From Gemmatimonadales bacterium (lineage in GTDB: Bacteria; Gemmatimonadota; Gemmatimonadetes; Gemmatimonadales; GWC2-71-9): DNA of 64,000 nt. Shown in pieces: positions 31,091 to 40,322 of the stretch. Each line of letters opens with the position of its first letter. The first letter of the stretch is position 1. The notes beneath the pieces are model-generated. The model worked only from the letters and a program-made list of their open reading frames with translations, did not search any database and was not told the DNA's origin. The translations under genes and the position numbers were made by a program. The stretch covers positions 32,001 through 96,000 of the forward strand of contig JBFGJG010000007.1 in the NCBI GenBank assembly GCA_041577295.1, written 5' to 3'.

Positions 31091-31369
31091 CTATGGCCCA
31101 TCGTGCCCTACACCAAGGAGCTCGAGCACGTTGGCGATCTCCAGGCTGTCGATCTCGATCAGCTTGCGGTGCGAGGCGCGTCCCGACCGCAAATGGATGT
31201 GCGATGCGGGGATGCGTAGCGTGTCGGCGAGATGTCGCAGCAACTCCGCATTGGCCGCGCCATCGATCGGGGGTGAGGCCAGGCGAATCTTCACCGCGTC
31301 GCCGTACCAACCCACAACCTCGGTCCGCTTGGCGCGAGGCTGCACGTGAATGGCGAGTGTCGCTGGCAT
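31091..31369 (-). CDS. yggU: DUF167 (YggU) family protein
   Basis: VQPRAKR, KIRLASPPIDGAANAEL, GRASHRK; downstream of yggT. Confidence 0.9.
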   Translation of the reverse strand: MPATLAIHVQPRAKRTEVVGWYGDAVKIRLASPPIDGAANAELLRHLADTLRIPASHIHLRSGRASHRKLIEIDSLEIANVLELLGVGHDGP

Positions 31370-31409
31370 CAGTGACCGCTGGTTACGAAGGGATTGGGGA
31401 GTGCTACGT

Positions 31410-31973
31410 TCAAAGCCTCATGAACATCCCCAGCAACACCTGAACGGCGAACCATGCCACAATCGGGGTGATATCGATAGTCCCAAGTCGCGGGACAATC
31501 TTGCTGAGTGGCTCGATTATCCAGTCCGTTAGAGGGTAGGTCCAACCAGTCCATCGGTGATAACGATCAAGTCCAAACCATGATCCGATAACGCGGATTA
31601 CCAGCGCGAGCAAGACGAGCTGTCCCACCAAGTACACCACCAGCTGGAACACCTCGAACGGACCCCGAGCGCTGGCCGCGGAGAATCGATAGAGCTGCTG
31701 CACGATCCACTCCGAGACGCTCACGATCACGATGCCCCCAACGAGGGCAATACCCAGCAGCCACCAGCCGGAGTTTTGTGGATTCGCTCCGCGCCTGAGC
31801 AGCCATTCCTCGAGCCGCCCAAGGATCGGGTCACCGATACGACGAATCGCCCGCGCGGACCGACTACTCGGACTGATCCGTCGAGTCCGGACCGCCCAGT
31901 TCCCCAGGGCCACCGCAGCACTGAAGGCGAACCCGGCGAACACTAAGCCGCGTATGAACTCGAGAACGGGCAC
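31410..31973 (-). CDS. yggT: YggT family membrane protein
   Basis: Two YGGT-like halves (GDPILGRLE; IRVIGSWF..TDWIIEPL..IDITPIVA). Confidence 0.85.
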   Translation of the reverse strand: MPVLEFIRGLVFAGFAFSAAVALGNWAVRTRRISPSSRSARAIRRIGDPILGRLEEWLLRRGANPQNSGWWLLGIALVGGIVIVSVSEWIVQQLYRFSAASARGPFEVFQLVVYLVGQLVLLALVIRVIGSWFGLDRYHRWTGWTYPLTDWIIEPLSKIVPRLGTIDITPIVAWFAVQVLLGMFMRL

Positions 31974-31983
31974 TAGTGGGACC

Positions 31984-32119
31984 GTGAGCAGTAAGCGGTG
32001 AGCAATAGTGAGTAGGTCGGGGAACGATAAGTTCGACGTGCTGAACGGCCGAGGCTGAACGCACGGCCGGTCGTGGGTGTGCTTCCCTGACTGCTCACTG
32101 CTTGCTACTCACCGCTCAC
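31984..32119. repeat. Inverted pair of heptamer tandem arrays (GTGAGCR) between the sucA end and the yggT start
   Basis: Plus 31984-32014: GTGAGCA GTAAGCG GTGAGCA ata GTGAGTA. Minus 32119-32085: GTGAGCG GTGAGTA GCAAGCA GTGAGCA GTCAGGG, which includes the sucA TAG. Confidence 0.8.
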
Positions 32120-35100
32120 TGTCTCTAGGGCTTCCCGCACCAGCCGCGCTTGTTCGCCGCGGTGTGCGGCCGGGTATCCCTCGGCGGGACTGGAACGTTC
32201 GGGGCGTGAGATGGAGCGCAGAGACTTGTCGGGGGCCATTTCCGCGATGAGTGGGAGCACAAACTTGCGTGGTCCAAAATTTCTGGGCTCCTCCTGTAAC
32301 CACACGACCTCTCGCAGATTGGGATAGGAACTAATGAGCTCACCCACCAACGCCTGTGGAAACGGGTATAGTATCTCCACCCGACCGATCGCGACGTGCT
32401 TGGCTCGAGCGCGTTCCTCCGAAGTGATCACGTCGTAGTAGATCTTGCCAGAGCACAGGACCAGCCGCGTGACCTCATCGCGTGCCCCGGCCGGAGAAGG
32501 ATCATCCAGAACGTATTCGAATGTCCCCGTGGTGAGCTGGGACAGGTTGGACGTGGCCTGCGGCAAACGGAGCAGACTCTTGGGAGTCATGATCACGAGT
32601 GGTCGTAGCTCTTGGTGCTTGGCCTGCAGTCGCAGTAAGTGGTAGTACTGTGCCGGTGTCGAACAGTTGGCAACCCGGATGTTGCCTTCGGCCGCCAAGG
32701 CCAGAAACCGCTCCACCCGTGCACTCGAATGTTCGGGTCCCTGCCCCTCGTAACCGTGGGGAAGCAGCAATGTGAGGCGTGACGTTTGCCCCCACTTGGA
32801 CAACCCGGCGACGATGAACTGGTCAATGATGACTTCAGCACCGTTGGCGAAGTCTCCGAATTGGGCTTCCCAGACGACAAAGGCCTCCGGCGCCGCTACA
32901 CTGTAGCCGTACTCAAAGCCAAGCGCCGCATACTCCGACAGCGGGCTGTTGTGGAGCTCCATCGGTGCGGTCGCTTTCGACAGGTGTTGGATCGGCGTGT
33001 ACGCTTCTCCCGAATCGGCGTCGAACAAGGTCAGATGCCGTTGGCTAAATGTGCCACGCACGGTGTCCTGACCGATGAGCCGCAACGGCACGCCTTCCGT
33101 CAGCAGCGACGCCATTGCGAGGGCTTCCGCGTGCGCCCAATCGATGCCACCCCCGTTGCCCAATGCATCCCGGCGCCGCTCGTGCAAACGGCTGAGCTTC
33201 CGATTGACCACGAAGCCTGATGGTACCGCCAGGAGTTCTTCGTTGAGCTCGCGCAGCAGATCCTCGGCCACCGCCGTGTCAGGCTCTTTAATGGCGGTCC
33301 AGAGACCGGAAATGCGAACCGGTTCCGCTCCCTCGTCGGCCTCTTCGAGTCCTTTCTTCAAACGATCCTGCGTCTCGGTAAGCGCGGTGTACACCTTGTC
33401 AACTTCGGCGTGTACATCGTCATCGGAGAGAATGCCCTGATCCACCAGCACCTTCGCGTAGATGCTTCGAACGGTGGGGTGTCCGTCAATATGCTTGTAC
33501 ATCTGCGGCTGGGTGTATCGAGGCTCGTCGCCCTCATTGTGCCCATGCCGGCGGTACCCCACCAAATTGATGACCACGTCTCCGTGAAACTTCTCGCGGT
33601 ACATCATCGCGAGCTGGATCGCCGCCAGGCAGGCTTCCGGATCGTCGGCATTGACGAGCACGATCGGGACATCAAATCCCTTGGCGAGATCGCTCGCGAA
33701 ATCGGTCGAGCGCGCCTCGTTGGTAGACGTGGTGAAGCCAATCTGATTGTTGGCGATGATGTGGAGGGTGCCACCAGTCCCGTAGCCAGGTAACCGCGCG
33801 AGATTGATGGTTTCTGCCACGACCCCTTGCGCGGCAAAGGCGGCGTCGCCGTGGATCAGAATGGGAAGCACTTTGGCAGGGTCGTGTCGCGTTTCCTTGC
33901 CGGCGCGGTCCGTCTGCTCTGCCCGGCACTGGCCTTCCACAACGGGATTCACGGCCTCGAGATGGCTCGGATTCGGCATGAGGGCGACCTCAATCTCGTG
34001 CCCATCCGCGGCCCGGAACGTCCCACTCGCGCCGTGATGATACTTGACGTCCCCTGTGCCCCCACGTGGTGTCAGCGTTTCCTCGACCTCGAGGCCGCCC
34101 TCAAACTCGGCAAGCAACTTTTCGTACGGCACGCCGAGGACATGGGTCAGCACGTTCAGCCTCCCCCGGTGCGCCATGCCCATGACCGCTTTCCGGGTGC
34201 CCTGCTCCGCAGCGCGGTCGAGGGCGCGATGCAGCATGGGAACGAGCATGTCGAGGCCCTCGATGCCGAAGCGCTTGTGCCCGAGATAGTTCTTGTGGAG
34301 AAACGTCTCGAGCGTCTCGACCCTCGTGATGTCTGACAGAAGCCTGCGTCGCTCGTCGGCGGTCAACCGAACGCGGTGCTCGCCGGATTCGATCACGCGA
34401 CGGAGCCATAACCGCTCAACGTGGTTGGCGATGTGCTCGATCTCGTATGCGATCGTTCCGCAATAGGTGTCTCGCAGCTTGGGGTAGGCGTCGGCGAGCG
34501 TCGTTGCATCGACGTAGGTCCGGAGCACATCCGCGGGAATCTGCGCCATCAGGTCCGGTGTCAGGCCCAGGGGCTCCGGATCGAGAGCGGGATCGCCGTT
34601 GGGCTCCGTCCCGAGCGGATCGAGACGCGCGGCGAGGTATCCATGCGTGCGGTAGGCTTTGACCAGTGACATGGCGGCCGCCACGTGGTAAAGCATGGCA
34701 TCGGTGGCAACAGCACGCTCCGCGGCCGTGGCTGCAGCAGGCGCTGGGGCCGTCGCGGCAGTGGCAGCGGCAATGGCGGTGTCAGCCGCGGCTCCATCGA
34801 TCTCGAGGGCGTCGGCGATGTTGCGATAGAATCCGTCACCGCCCTGGAGAGACTCGTCGATACGACGGAGGAAGGTCCCTGACTCGGCGCCCTGAATGAT
34901 GCGGTGATCGTACGTGCTGGAGACCGTCATGATCCGCGTTCCAGCGACATCCCGAATCGTCCCGGTTGCGATGATCGATCCCTGTCCCTTCATGAGACGG
35001 GGTACCGATGCGGTGGTTCCGAGGGTACCGGGGTTGGTGAGCGTGATGGTGCCGCCCTGATAGGCGTCCGGCATCAACTTTCCATCTCGCGCGCCGGCAA

Positions 35101-35710
35101 CGAGCCGCTCGTACTCCTCGTAAAACTCCGAGAAGGTTTTCGCATCCACGTTCTTGATCACAGGAACGAGGAGCCGCCGCTTCCCGTCTTTGCCTTCCGC
35201 ATCGACAGCCAGGCCAAGGTTGATCGCTCCCGGATCAAATCGGTAACGGTCACCGTTGTCCTCCACGACCGCATGCAGCATCGCGGGAAGTTCCTTGCCG
35301 GCGAGTACAATCGCCCAGCCCACGAAATGGGTGAACGACAGTTTTTGTCCGCGTGTTTTCAGTTGGCGATTGAAAGCGGCCCGGACCGCCCAGAGTTTGG
35401 AAACGTCGATGTCACGATACGATGTTGCGGTCGGGACTCCGAGGCTCGCCTCCATGTTTTGGAGCAGACGCAGCGCGGGACCCTTGATGGGTTCTTGAAT
35501 TCCTGCGCTCGCGGGAGGAGCAGCAGAGGCAGGAGGAACACGAGTGGCAGGAGAGGGAGTCTCCTCCTCCCGCGCCGGATCCTCACCCTGGAGGCCGTTC
35601 TCAAAAAGCTCGCGCCATTCGGGAGGCACGGAGTCAGGATCGCGCAAAAAGTCCTCGTACATCGCCTGCGCGAAGCCCGAGTTGACGGTCTCGAAGATAT
35701 TATCGAACAC
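32105..35710 (-). CDS. sucA: Multifunctional 2-oxoglutarate dehydrogenase (E2 acyltransferase-like + E1; Kgd type)
   Basis: N-terminal E2 catalytic-like domain (TNPGTLGT, YDHRIIQGAESG). E1 motifs GMAHRGRLN, GDVKYH, HGDAAF, GHNEGDEP, WEAQFGDF, HGYEGQGPEHSS. Confidence 0.97.
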   Translation of the reverse strand: MFDNIFETVNSGFAQAMYEDFLRDPDSVPPEWRELFENGLQGEDPAREEETPSPATRVPPASAAPPASAGIQEPIKGPALRLLQNMEASLGVPTATSYRDIDVSKLWAVRAAFNRQLKTRGQKLSFTHFVGWAIVLAGKELPAMLHAVVEDNGDRYRFDPGAINLGLAVDAEGKDGKRRLLVPVIKNVDAKTFSEFYEEYERLVAGARDGKLMPDAYQGGTITLTNPGTLGTTASVPRLMKGQGSIIATGTIRDVAGTRIMTVSSTYDHRIIQGAESGTFLRRIDESLQGGDGFYRNIADALEIDGAAADTAIAAATAATAPAPAAATAAERAVATDAMLYHVAAAMSLVKAYRTHGYLAARLDPLGTEPNGDPALDPEPLGLTPDLMAQIPADVLRTYVDATTLADAYPKLRDTYCGTIAYEIEHIANHVERLWLRRVIESGEHRVRLTADERRRLLSDITRVETLETFLHKNYLGHKRFGIEGLDMLVPMLHRALDRAAEQGTRKAVMGMAHRGRLNVLTHVLGVPYEKLLAEFEGGLEVEETLTPRGGTGDVKYHHGASGTFRAADGHEIEVALMPNPSHLEAVNPVVEGQCRAEQTDRAGKETRHDPAKVLPILIHGDAAFAAQGVVAETINLARLPGYGTGGTLHIIANNQIGFTTSTNEARSTDFASDLAKGFDVPIVLVNADDPEACLAAIQLAMMYREKFHGDVVINLVGYRRHGHNEGDEPRYTQPQMYKHIDGHPTVRSIYAKVLVDQGILSDDDVHAEVDKVYTALTETQDRLKKGLEEADEGAEPVRISGLWTAIKEPDTAVAEDLLRELNEELLAVPSGFVVNRKLSRLHERRRDALGNGGGIDWAHAEALAMASLLTEGVPLRLIGQDTVRGTFSQRHLTLFDADSGEAYTPIQHLSKATAPMELHNSPLSEYAALGFEYGYSVAAPEAFVVWEAQFGDFANGAEVIIDQFIVAGLSKWGQTSRLTLLLPHGYEGQGPEHSSARVERFLALAAEGNIRVANCSTPAQYYHLLRLQAKHQELRPLVIMTPKSLLRLPQATSNLSQLTTGTFEYVLDDPSPAGARDEVTRLVLCSGKIYYDVITSEERARAKHVAIGRVEILYPFPQALVGELISSYPNLREVVWLQEEPRNFGPRKFVLPLIAEMAPDKSLRSISRPERSSPAEGYPAAHRGEQARLVREALETVSGE
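35511..35555 (+). repeat. Nonamer tandem (GCAGNAGAG-type) antisense within sucA
   Basis: GCGGGAGGA GCAGCAGAG GCAGGAGGA ACACGAGTG GCAGGAGAG; translated in sucA as the SPATRVPPASAAPPA linker. Confidence 0.6.
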
Positions 35711-35791
35711 GGTGTGCGACCTCGAGAGAGCTAAGAGTCGAGCACTTCGGAAGATAACGGATTGGGTCGGACGTGACAGAGGCCAGGGCGG

Positions 35792-36265
35792 CTACTGCGT
35801 GTCCTTCGATGGCCCGTAGGTAGCGGGCAACGAGAGCCCGGCTTGTCGCATCAGCACCGTCATCTGTCCGCGGTGATGGATCTCGTGGCTCACGAGCGCT
35901 AACAGAGTTTGGGATCGAAACCATTTGACCCCGTACACATCATCGGCGATTCGGAGCGTCGCGTTTGTCCATTGCGTTTCGATGGCACGACCCACACCCG
36001 CAGCGCTCGCGACGTACTTTGCGCAGATTTCGGCAGCGTTTCGTGGTGTGGGGAGGTCCTTGGTAGCCGCCTCAAAAGTGAGACCGGTTTTATCCAAGAT
36101 ACTCCGGTGAGAGACCACGATGTGCCACGCGAGGTCACCCAGTGATCGGTGGCCGCTGGCGATCAACCGTGGCAGGGATTCATCCGTCAGACATTCCATG
36201 AGGCGGGCGGTGCGGGTGGACTCCAACTGCCAGAGCCTCAGGAAATCGTCGAGCGTCGAAAACAT
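35792..36265 (-). CDS. DinB family protein
   Basis: RSLGDLAWHI and HEIHHRGQMTVLMRQAGL motifs. Confidence 0.92.
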   Translation of the reverse strand: MFSTLDDFLRLWQLESTRTARLMECLTDESLPRLIASGHRSLGDLAWHIVVSHRSILDKTGLTFEAATKDLPTPRNAAEICAKYVASAAGVGRAIETQWTNATLRIADDVYGVKWFRSQTLLALVSHEIHHRGQMTVLMRQAGLSLPATYGPSKDTQ

Positions 36266-37059
36266 TATCTCACCCTTATTGAGCCACCTGACACAAACGC
36301 GGCGAGGCGGGTCGAAAACTCTTCAGACCGCAACGCGACCAGCTGGGCGTTTCCCTCGTGTTCGAGGTGCTGATCGATTGCGATCCTCTCGGCGCCTCGA
36401 ACGAGCTCCTTGATCGTTGCCACCGACGACCGAGCGTTTCCCGCGATTCGGGTCACCAGCGCCGTCACCGCCGAGTCGATGTCTGCGTTGGAGACCGTCA
36501 TGGCGGCCAGGCCGAGCGCGACGGCCCGGCTGGCAGGGATCGTTTCGCCGGCCACGAGGATTGCGAGCGCGTGCTCGAGCCCTGTCAGCCGCGGCAAAGT
36601 GTACGTGGAGCCGCCGTCGGGGACCAGTCCCATGCGCGCGAAGGCGGACGCGAATGAGGCGGACTCCGCGGCCACCCGCAGGTCGCACGCCAATGCGAGA
36701 TCGAGGCCAAAACCCGCCACGCTTCCTTCGAGCACGGCGATGACCGGAACCGGGCAGCGAACGACTGCCCGGATGGTGCCCTGGAAACGCGCCAGCCCGT
36801 CCTCCAACAAGGCGGTCGGCGGTGTGGCACCGAGCGAGCGAAACCACTTGAGATCGAGGCCCACACAGAAATGGCCGCCAGCACCCCGGAGCGTAACGGC
36901 CCGGACCTGCGTATCGCGTCCTGCGCTCTCGATGGCCTCCGTGAGATCGCGGCAGAGATCCGGTGTGAGCGCGTTTCGCCGGTCAGCCCGGTTGAGCATG
37001 ATGTGCCGGGCCGCTCCCACCGTGGAAACAACGAGTGACTCGTGGGCTGCCTGGGTCAC
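36265..37059 (-). CDS. Enoyl-CoA hydratase/isomerase family protein
   Basis: LNRADRRNAL, FCVGLDL, PVIA..G.VAGFGLDLALACDLR, GLVPDGG. Confidence 0.92.
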   Translation of the reverse strand: MTQAAHESLVVSTVGAARHIMLNRADRRNALTPDLCRDLTEAIESAGRDTQVRAVTLRGAGGHFCVGLDLKWFRSLGATPPTALLEDGLARFQGTIRAVVRCPVPVIAVLEGSVAGFGLDLALACDLRVAAESASFASAFARMGLVPDGGSTYTLPRLTGLEHALAILVAGETIPASRAVALGLAAMTVSNADIDSAVTALVTRIAGNARSSVATIKELVRGAERIAIDQHLEHEGNAQLVALRSEEFSTRLAAFVSGGSIRVR

Positions 37060-37312
37060 CGTGATGCTGTCGGTCCGCCGCCGTACAGTAGTGGTGTCAT
37101 GTCGAGTGGAAGATAGGAGGGTGTTCCAGCCCGGGCGAGTGACGGCCGGACCGAAGGCGAACGCGGTAGAGGCTTCCGTGGACGACGCCGGATGATTATC
37201 ACCTGGTCAGTACGTTCGGTCTGTTGCGTCAGCATAGTACCCGAACAAGGTGAGCTTGGCTGGTCTTGGTCGACTCCAAGCTCGCGGTGAGATCATGAAG
37301 GGACGGATGACA

Positions 37313-38464
37313 ATGACCGTTTCCCGGCTGCAGGACATCCCCGGGTTTTCAATCGATCGCGTCGCCGCAGCTGCTGATCGCGATCCCGACGTGCTCAGGT
37401 TGGAGAATCTCGATACCGATCTTGCACCACCCCAGGAAGCCGTCGACGCGACACGCCAAGCGGTGGGGCGCGATGATGACAACAGTTATCTCCCGTTCAC
37501 GGGCCAACGGACGCTACGGGAGGTCGTCGCTGCGCACGTCAATCGCGTTGTTGGCAGAGCAGGGTACGCGCCGGAACAGGTCGTCATAACCTGCGGTGGA
37601 ACCGAGGGGATGCTCGATGCACTGCTCGCGGTGACGGATCCTGGTGACGAGGTGGTGCTCACGGACCCAACCTACGCCGGGATGATTTATCGCGTGCGTC
37701 TGGTGGGTGCCGTTCCCGTTCTGATTCCGTTCGTGATCCAGGATCGTGGTTGGCGCCTCGATCTCGATCGGTTGCGCTCATCCGTCACGGATCGGACGAA
37801 GGCACTGTTTCTGATGAATCCGTCCATTCCGTCCGGGGCCGTTCTCGATGCCCGTGAGTGGGATGCGGTGGCAGAGGTGTGTCGAGAGCGTGACCTGTGG
37901 TTGATCTACAACGCGGCGATGGAGCGGATTCTGTTTGACAGGCGGCGCCTCATCCACCCTGCCTCCCTGGATGGGATGGCGGAACGAACGTTGATCGTGG
38001 GATCGGTCTCAAAGGAGTTTCGGATGATCGGGTGGCGTATAGGATGGGTTGTTGGGCCGGAGCACGTGATGACCGACGTGGCGCGGGTGCACATCTATAA
38101 CGTGGTCACGCCCCCCGGAATCGCGCAGGCGGGTGCCGCCACGGCGTTGCGCACATCGGCGGAAGATTTTCGGGCGTGCCTCGCAGAGTGGGAAGGCCGG
38201 CGCGATGTGCTCTGCGCGCAGCTAGAAGAGTATGTCACGATTCCCGCTGCAGGGGGATGGTCGCAACTGCTCGATGTGGCGGTGCTCGGACTCAATTCCT
38301 TCGAGGCATCTCGTCGTTTGCTCGAGAAGGGGCGCGTCGCGGCCACGCCTATGCGCTATTGGGGAGATCGGAACGGGGATGGTTACGTTCGCCTGGTGTT
38401 CAGCAACGAATCGCTTGTGAGACTGGCAGAGGTACGAGAGCGGGTGGATCGCGCATTAGCATGA
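37313..38464 (+). CDS. PLP-dependent aminotransferase class I/II (start approximate)
   Basis: TCGGTEG, DPTYAG, NPSIPSG, GSVSKEFRMIGWRIGW (PLP Lys), YVRLVF. Confidence 0.9.
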   Translation: MTVSRLQDIPGFSIDRVAAAADRDPDVLRLENLDTDLAPPQEAVDATRQAVGRDDDNSYLPFTGQRTLREVVAAHVNRVVGRAGYAPEQVVITCGGTEGMLDALLAVTDPGDEVVLTDPTYAGMIYRVRLVGAVPVLIPFVIQDRGWRLDLDRLRSSVTDRTKALFLMNPSIPSGAVLDAREWDAVAEVCRERDLWLIYNAAMERILFDRRRLIHPASLDGMAERTLIVGSVSKEFRMIGWRIGWVVGPEHVMTDVARVHIYNVVTPPGIAQAGAATALRTSAEDFRACLAEWEGRRDVLCAQLEEYVTIPAAGGWSQLLDVAVLGLNSFEASRRLLEKGRVAATPMRYWGDRNGDGYVRLVFSNESLVRLAEVRERVDRALA

Positions 38465-38471
38465 ACGGATT

Positions 38472-38500
38472 TTGACAGCAAGAAAACGTGTTGCTAAGTT
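38472..38500 (+). promoter_or_regulatory. Sigma70-type promoter of the cold-shock gene
   Basis: TTGACA (38472) - 17 nt - TAAGTT (38495) with extended TGn; implies a 5' UTR of roughly 95 nt. Confidence 0.75.
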
Positions 38501-38602
38501 TGCCGCCCAACGCGGGAGCCAAGACCCGCGATCGGAGTGAGTCGGTAGGTACGGCAGGGCCGTGCGCCGACTCGTGCACCAACACGAATGGGGGAGTACG
38601 GC

Positions 38603-38815
38603 ATGCGTACCACCGGAAAGGTGAAGTGGTTCAACGACGCGAAGGGGTTCGGTTTCATCACGCCGGACGAGGGTGAGAAGGATTGCTTTGTGCATTACAC
38701 CGCAATCGAGGGCTCTGGTTTCCGCTCCTTGAGGGAGGGTGAGCGGGTCGAGTTTGAGATCGTGCAAAATGATCGCGGACCCGCCGCGCAGAACGTGACC
38801 CGGATCGCCGACTAG
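38603..38815 (+). CDS. Cold-shock protein (CspA family)
   Basis: [15 protein letters not shown] (RNP1), CFVHYTAI (RNP2), GPAAQNV; SD GGGAG. Confidence 0.97.
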   Translation: MRTTGKVKWFNDAKGFGFITPDEGEKDCFVHYTAIEGSGFRSLREGERVEFEIVQNDRGPAAQNVTRIAD

Positions 38816-38843
38816 CGCGCTACGACAACCAAACGGTCACTCG

Positions 38844-38874
38844 GGGCTGCCTCTCAGAGGCGGCCCTTTCTTTT
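38844..38874 (+). terminator. Rho-independent terminator after the csp gene
   Basis: GGGCTGCCTC-TCA-GAGGCGGCCC followed by TTTCTTTT. Confidence 0.88.
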
Positions 38875-38878
38875 CAAG

Positions 38879-38938
38879 GGCGGAATGAATGACGAAAAGA
38901 CGAAGCGATCGACTGATAGAAAGGTGGAAGGACGGAAA
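38879..38938 (+). repeat. Degenerate octamer tandem array (GACGGAAG family)
   Basis: GGCGGAAT gaat GACGAAAA GACGAAGC GATCGACT GATAGAAA GGTGGAAG GACGGAAA, between convergent genes. Confidence 0.7.
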
Positions 38939-38962
38939 CGCGCGAGGACTGCGAGGAGAGGA

Positions 38963-39340
38963 TTAAAATTCGATTACGCGGAAGTGGAGCCGATAGATGC
39001 GTGATGCGTCGTACAGGTGGGGTTGGAGGTACTTCAAGGCCTTGTAGTGGTCCATGCTCTCGAGCGCGTTGTCCACCGAGAAAGACACACGAGAGAGCGA
39101 CACGGGAACCTGAAACAGATCCGCCAAGGCGCTGGTGAGCGCGGCGGCCTCGCCCGCTCGTTCCACTAGGTTGTCTTCCTCGAGCCAATGGGCACCCGCG
39201 GTCTCGACGCTCAGCAGGCGTGAAACACTAGCGCTCAGCGTCCTCGAGCTGCCGTTTTGTGCTTGGAGCACGGCGGGGAAGGCCAGCACCAACGCGATAA
39301 TGGTGACGGCCAATCGCCGCGGGAATGTTGGCTTGAGCAC
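38963..39340 (-). CDS. Secreted hypothetical protein (start uncertain)
   Basis: Signal-peptide-like RRLAVTIIALVLAFPAVLQA; ends in Phe; GGAGG upstream of GTG 39340. Confidence 0.6.
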   Translation of the reverse strand: MLKPTFPRRLAVTIIALVLAFPAVLQAQNGSSRTLSASVSRLLSVETAGAHWLEEDNLVERAGEAAALTSALADLFQVPVSLSRVSFSVDNALESMDHYKALKYLQPHLYDASRIYRLHFRVIEF

Positions 39341-39448
39341 GATCCTAAGTAACCTCCATAACCTGGTGCCACAACATGAACCCACGCGCACCCGAGCTGC
39401 CGTGACTGGTGTCACCGGGGGCTTGGGTCGGCGTCACAACTCTCTTGG

Positions 39449-39463
39449 GCAAGTGACGTGCCT
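39449..39463 (-). promoter_or_regulatory. Sigma54 (-24/-12) promoter
   Basis: Minus strand AGGCACGTCACTTGC has canonical GG-N10-GC spacing; IHF-like site adjacent upstream (39469-39493). Confidence 0.7.
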
Positions 39464-39536
39464 CGTTGTAAGACATTATGAGCGTTACGGTTAGGCGATA
39501 TACCCGTCCGGGTGTTTGGCCCCGGATTGCAACGAT

Positions 39537-40316
39537 ATGAAGCACTCTGCGTCGAAACGAGATCCGTCCACGAAGGTGGCGGACACGGGTCATGTCGGCG
39601 TCAATCGCGCCCTGGCGGACCCACAGGTGAAGCAGGAGTATGTGACAGCGCTGTTCGATCTGGTTGCACCGCGCTACGACCGGTTTACCCGATGGTTTTC
39701 CTACGGTATGGATGCCGGTTGGAAACGCGAGCTGTGCTACCTGATCGGGAGGCGTTTCGAGCGTGCCGTGACGCTCGACCTCGCGTGCGGTACCGGGGAC
39801 CTGTTGACGCTGGCATCAAGTGCTGCGCGAACGACGATCGGTGTGGATCCCTCATCCGCGATGTTGCTGGAAGCCCGGGCTCGAAATGGGTCGAACACTC
39901 CCGGTGTCTGCTTGTGTCGCGGCACCATGATGCGGATCCCCGTGCGTGATACATCGATCGACGTCGTCACCGTGGGCTACGGTTTGCGCAACACTCCGGC
40001 ATATGCGACTGGCCTCCGAGAGATTCACCGCGTGCTGAAACCCGGTGGCCATGTGGCGACGCTCGACTTCTACCGGCCGACAACCCCTCTGTGGAATCAG
40101 ATTTTTCTTGCCTACCTCTCGCTGTCAGGCAAGCTGTACGGGTTGCTCTGGCACGGAGAGCCGGCTGCCTACGGGTACATCGCTACTTCGATCCGGCAGT
40201 ACATGAGCGCCGAAGAGTTCGCGAGGGCCTTGAACGACACAGGGTTCGTCGTTGAAGCGGTGAGAACCAAGCTTGGCGGTGGGATTGGGATTCACATTGC
40301 GCGGAAGGTGGGATAG
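39537..40316 (+). CDS. UbiE/MenG family C-methyltransferase
   Basis: FDLVAPRYD..FSYGMDAGWK, LDLACGTGDL, VTVGYGLRN, EIHRVLKPGG. Confidence 0.9.
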   Translation: MKHSASKRDPSTKVADTGHVGVNRALADPQVKQEYVTALFDLVAPRYDRFTRWFSYGMDAGWKRELCYLIGRRFERAVTLDLACGTGDLLTLASSAARTTIGVDPSSAMLLEARARNGSNTPGVCLCRGTMMRIPVRDTSIDVVTVGYGLRNTPAYATGLREIHRVLKPGGHVATLDFYRPTTPLWNQIFLAYLSLSGKLYGLLWHGEPAAYGYIATSIRQYMSAEEFARALNDTGFVVEAVRTKLGGGIGIHIARKVG

Positions 40317-40322
40317 GCGGAT

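Noticed and set aside
37205..37221. Imperfect palindrome resembling a TetR-type operator upstream of the enoyl-CoA hydratase
   Set aside because: Weak symmetry, single copy, and no regulator nearby.
39517..39531. TGGC...TTGC on the plus strand as a sigma54 promoter for the methyltransferase
   Set aside because: GG-to-GC spacing is one base short of the strict requirement.
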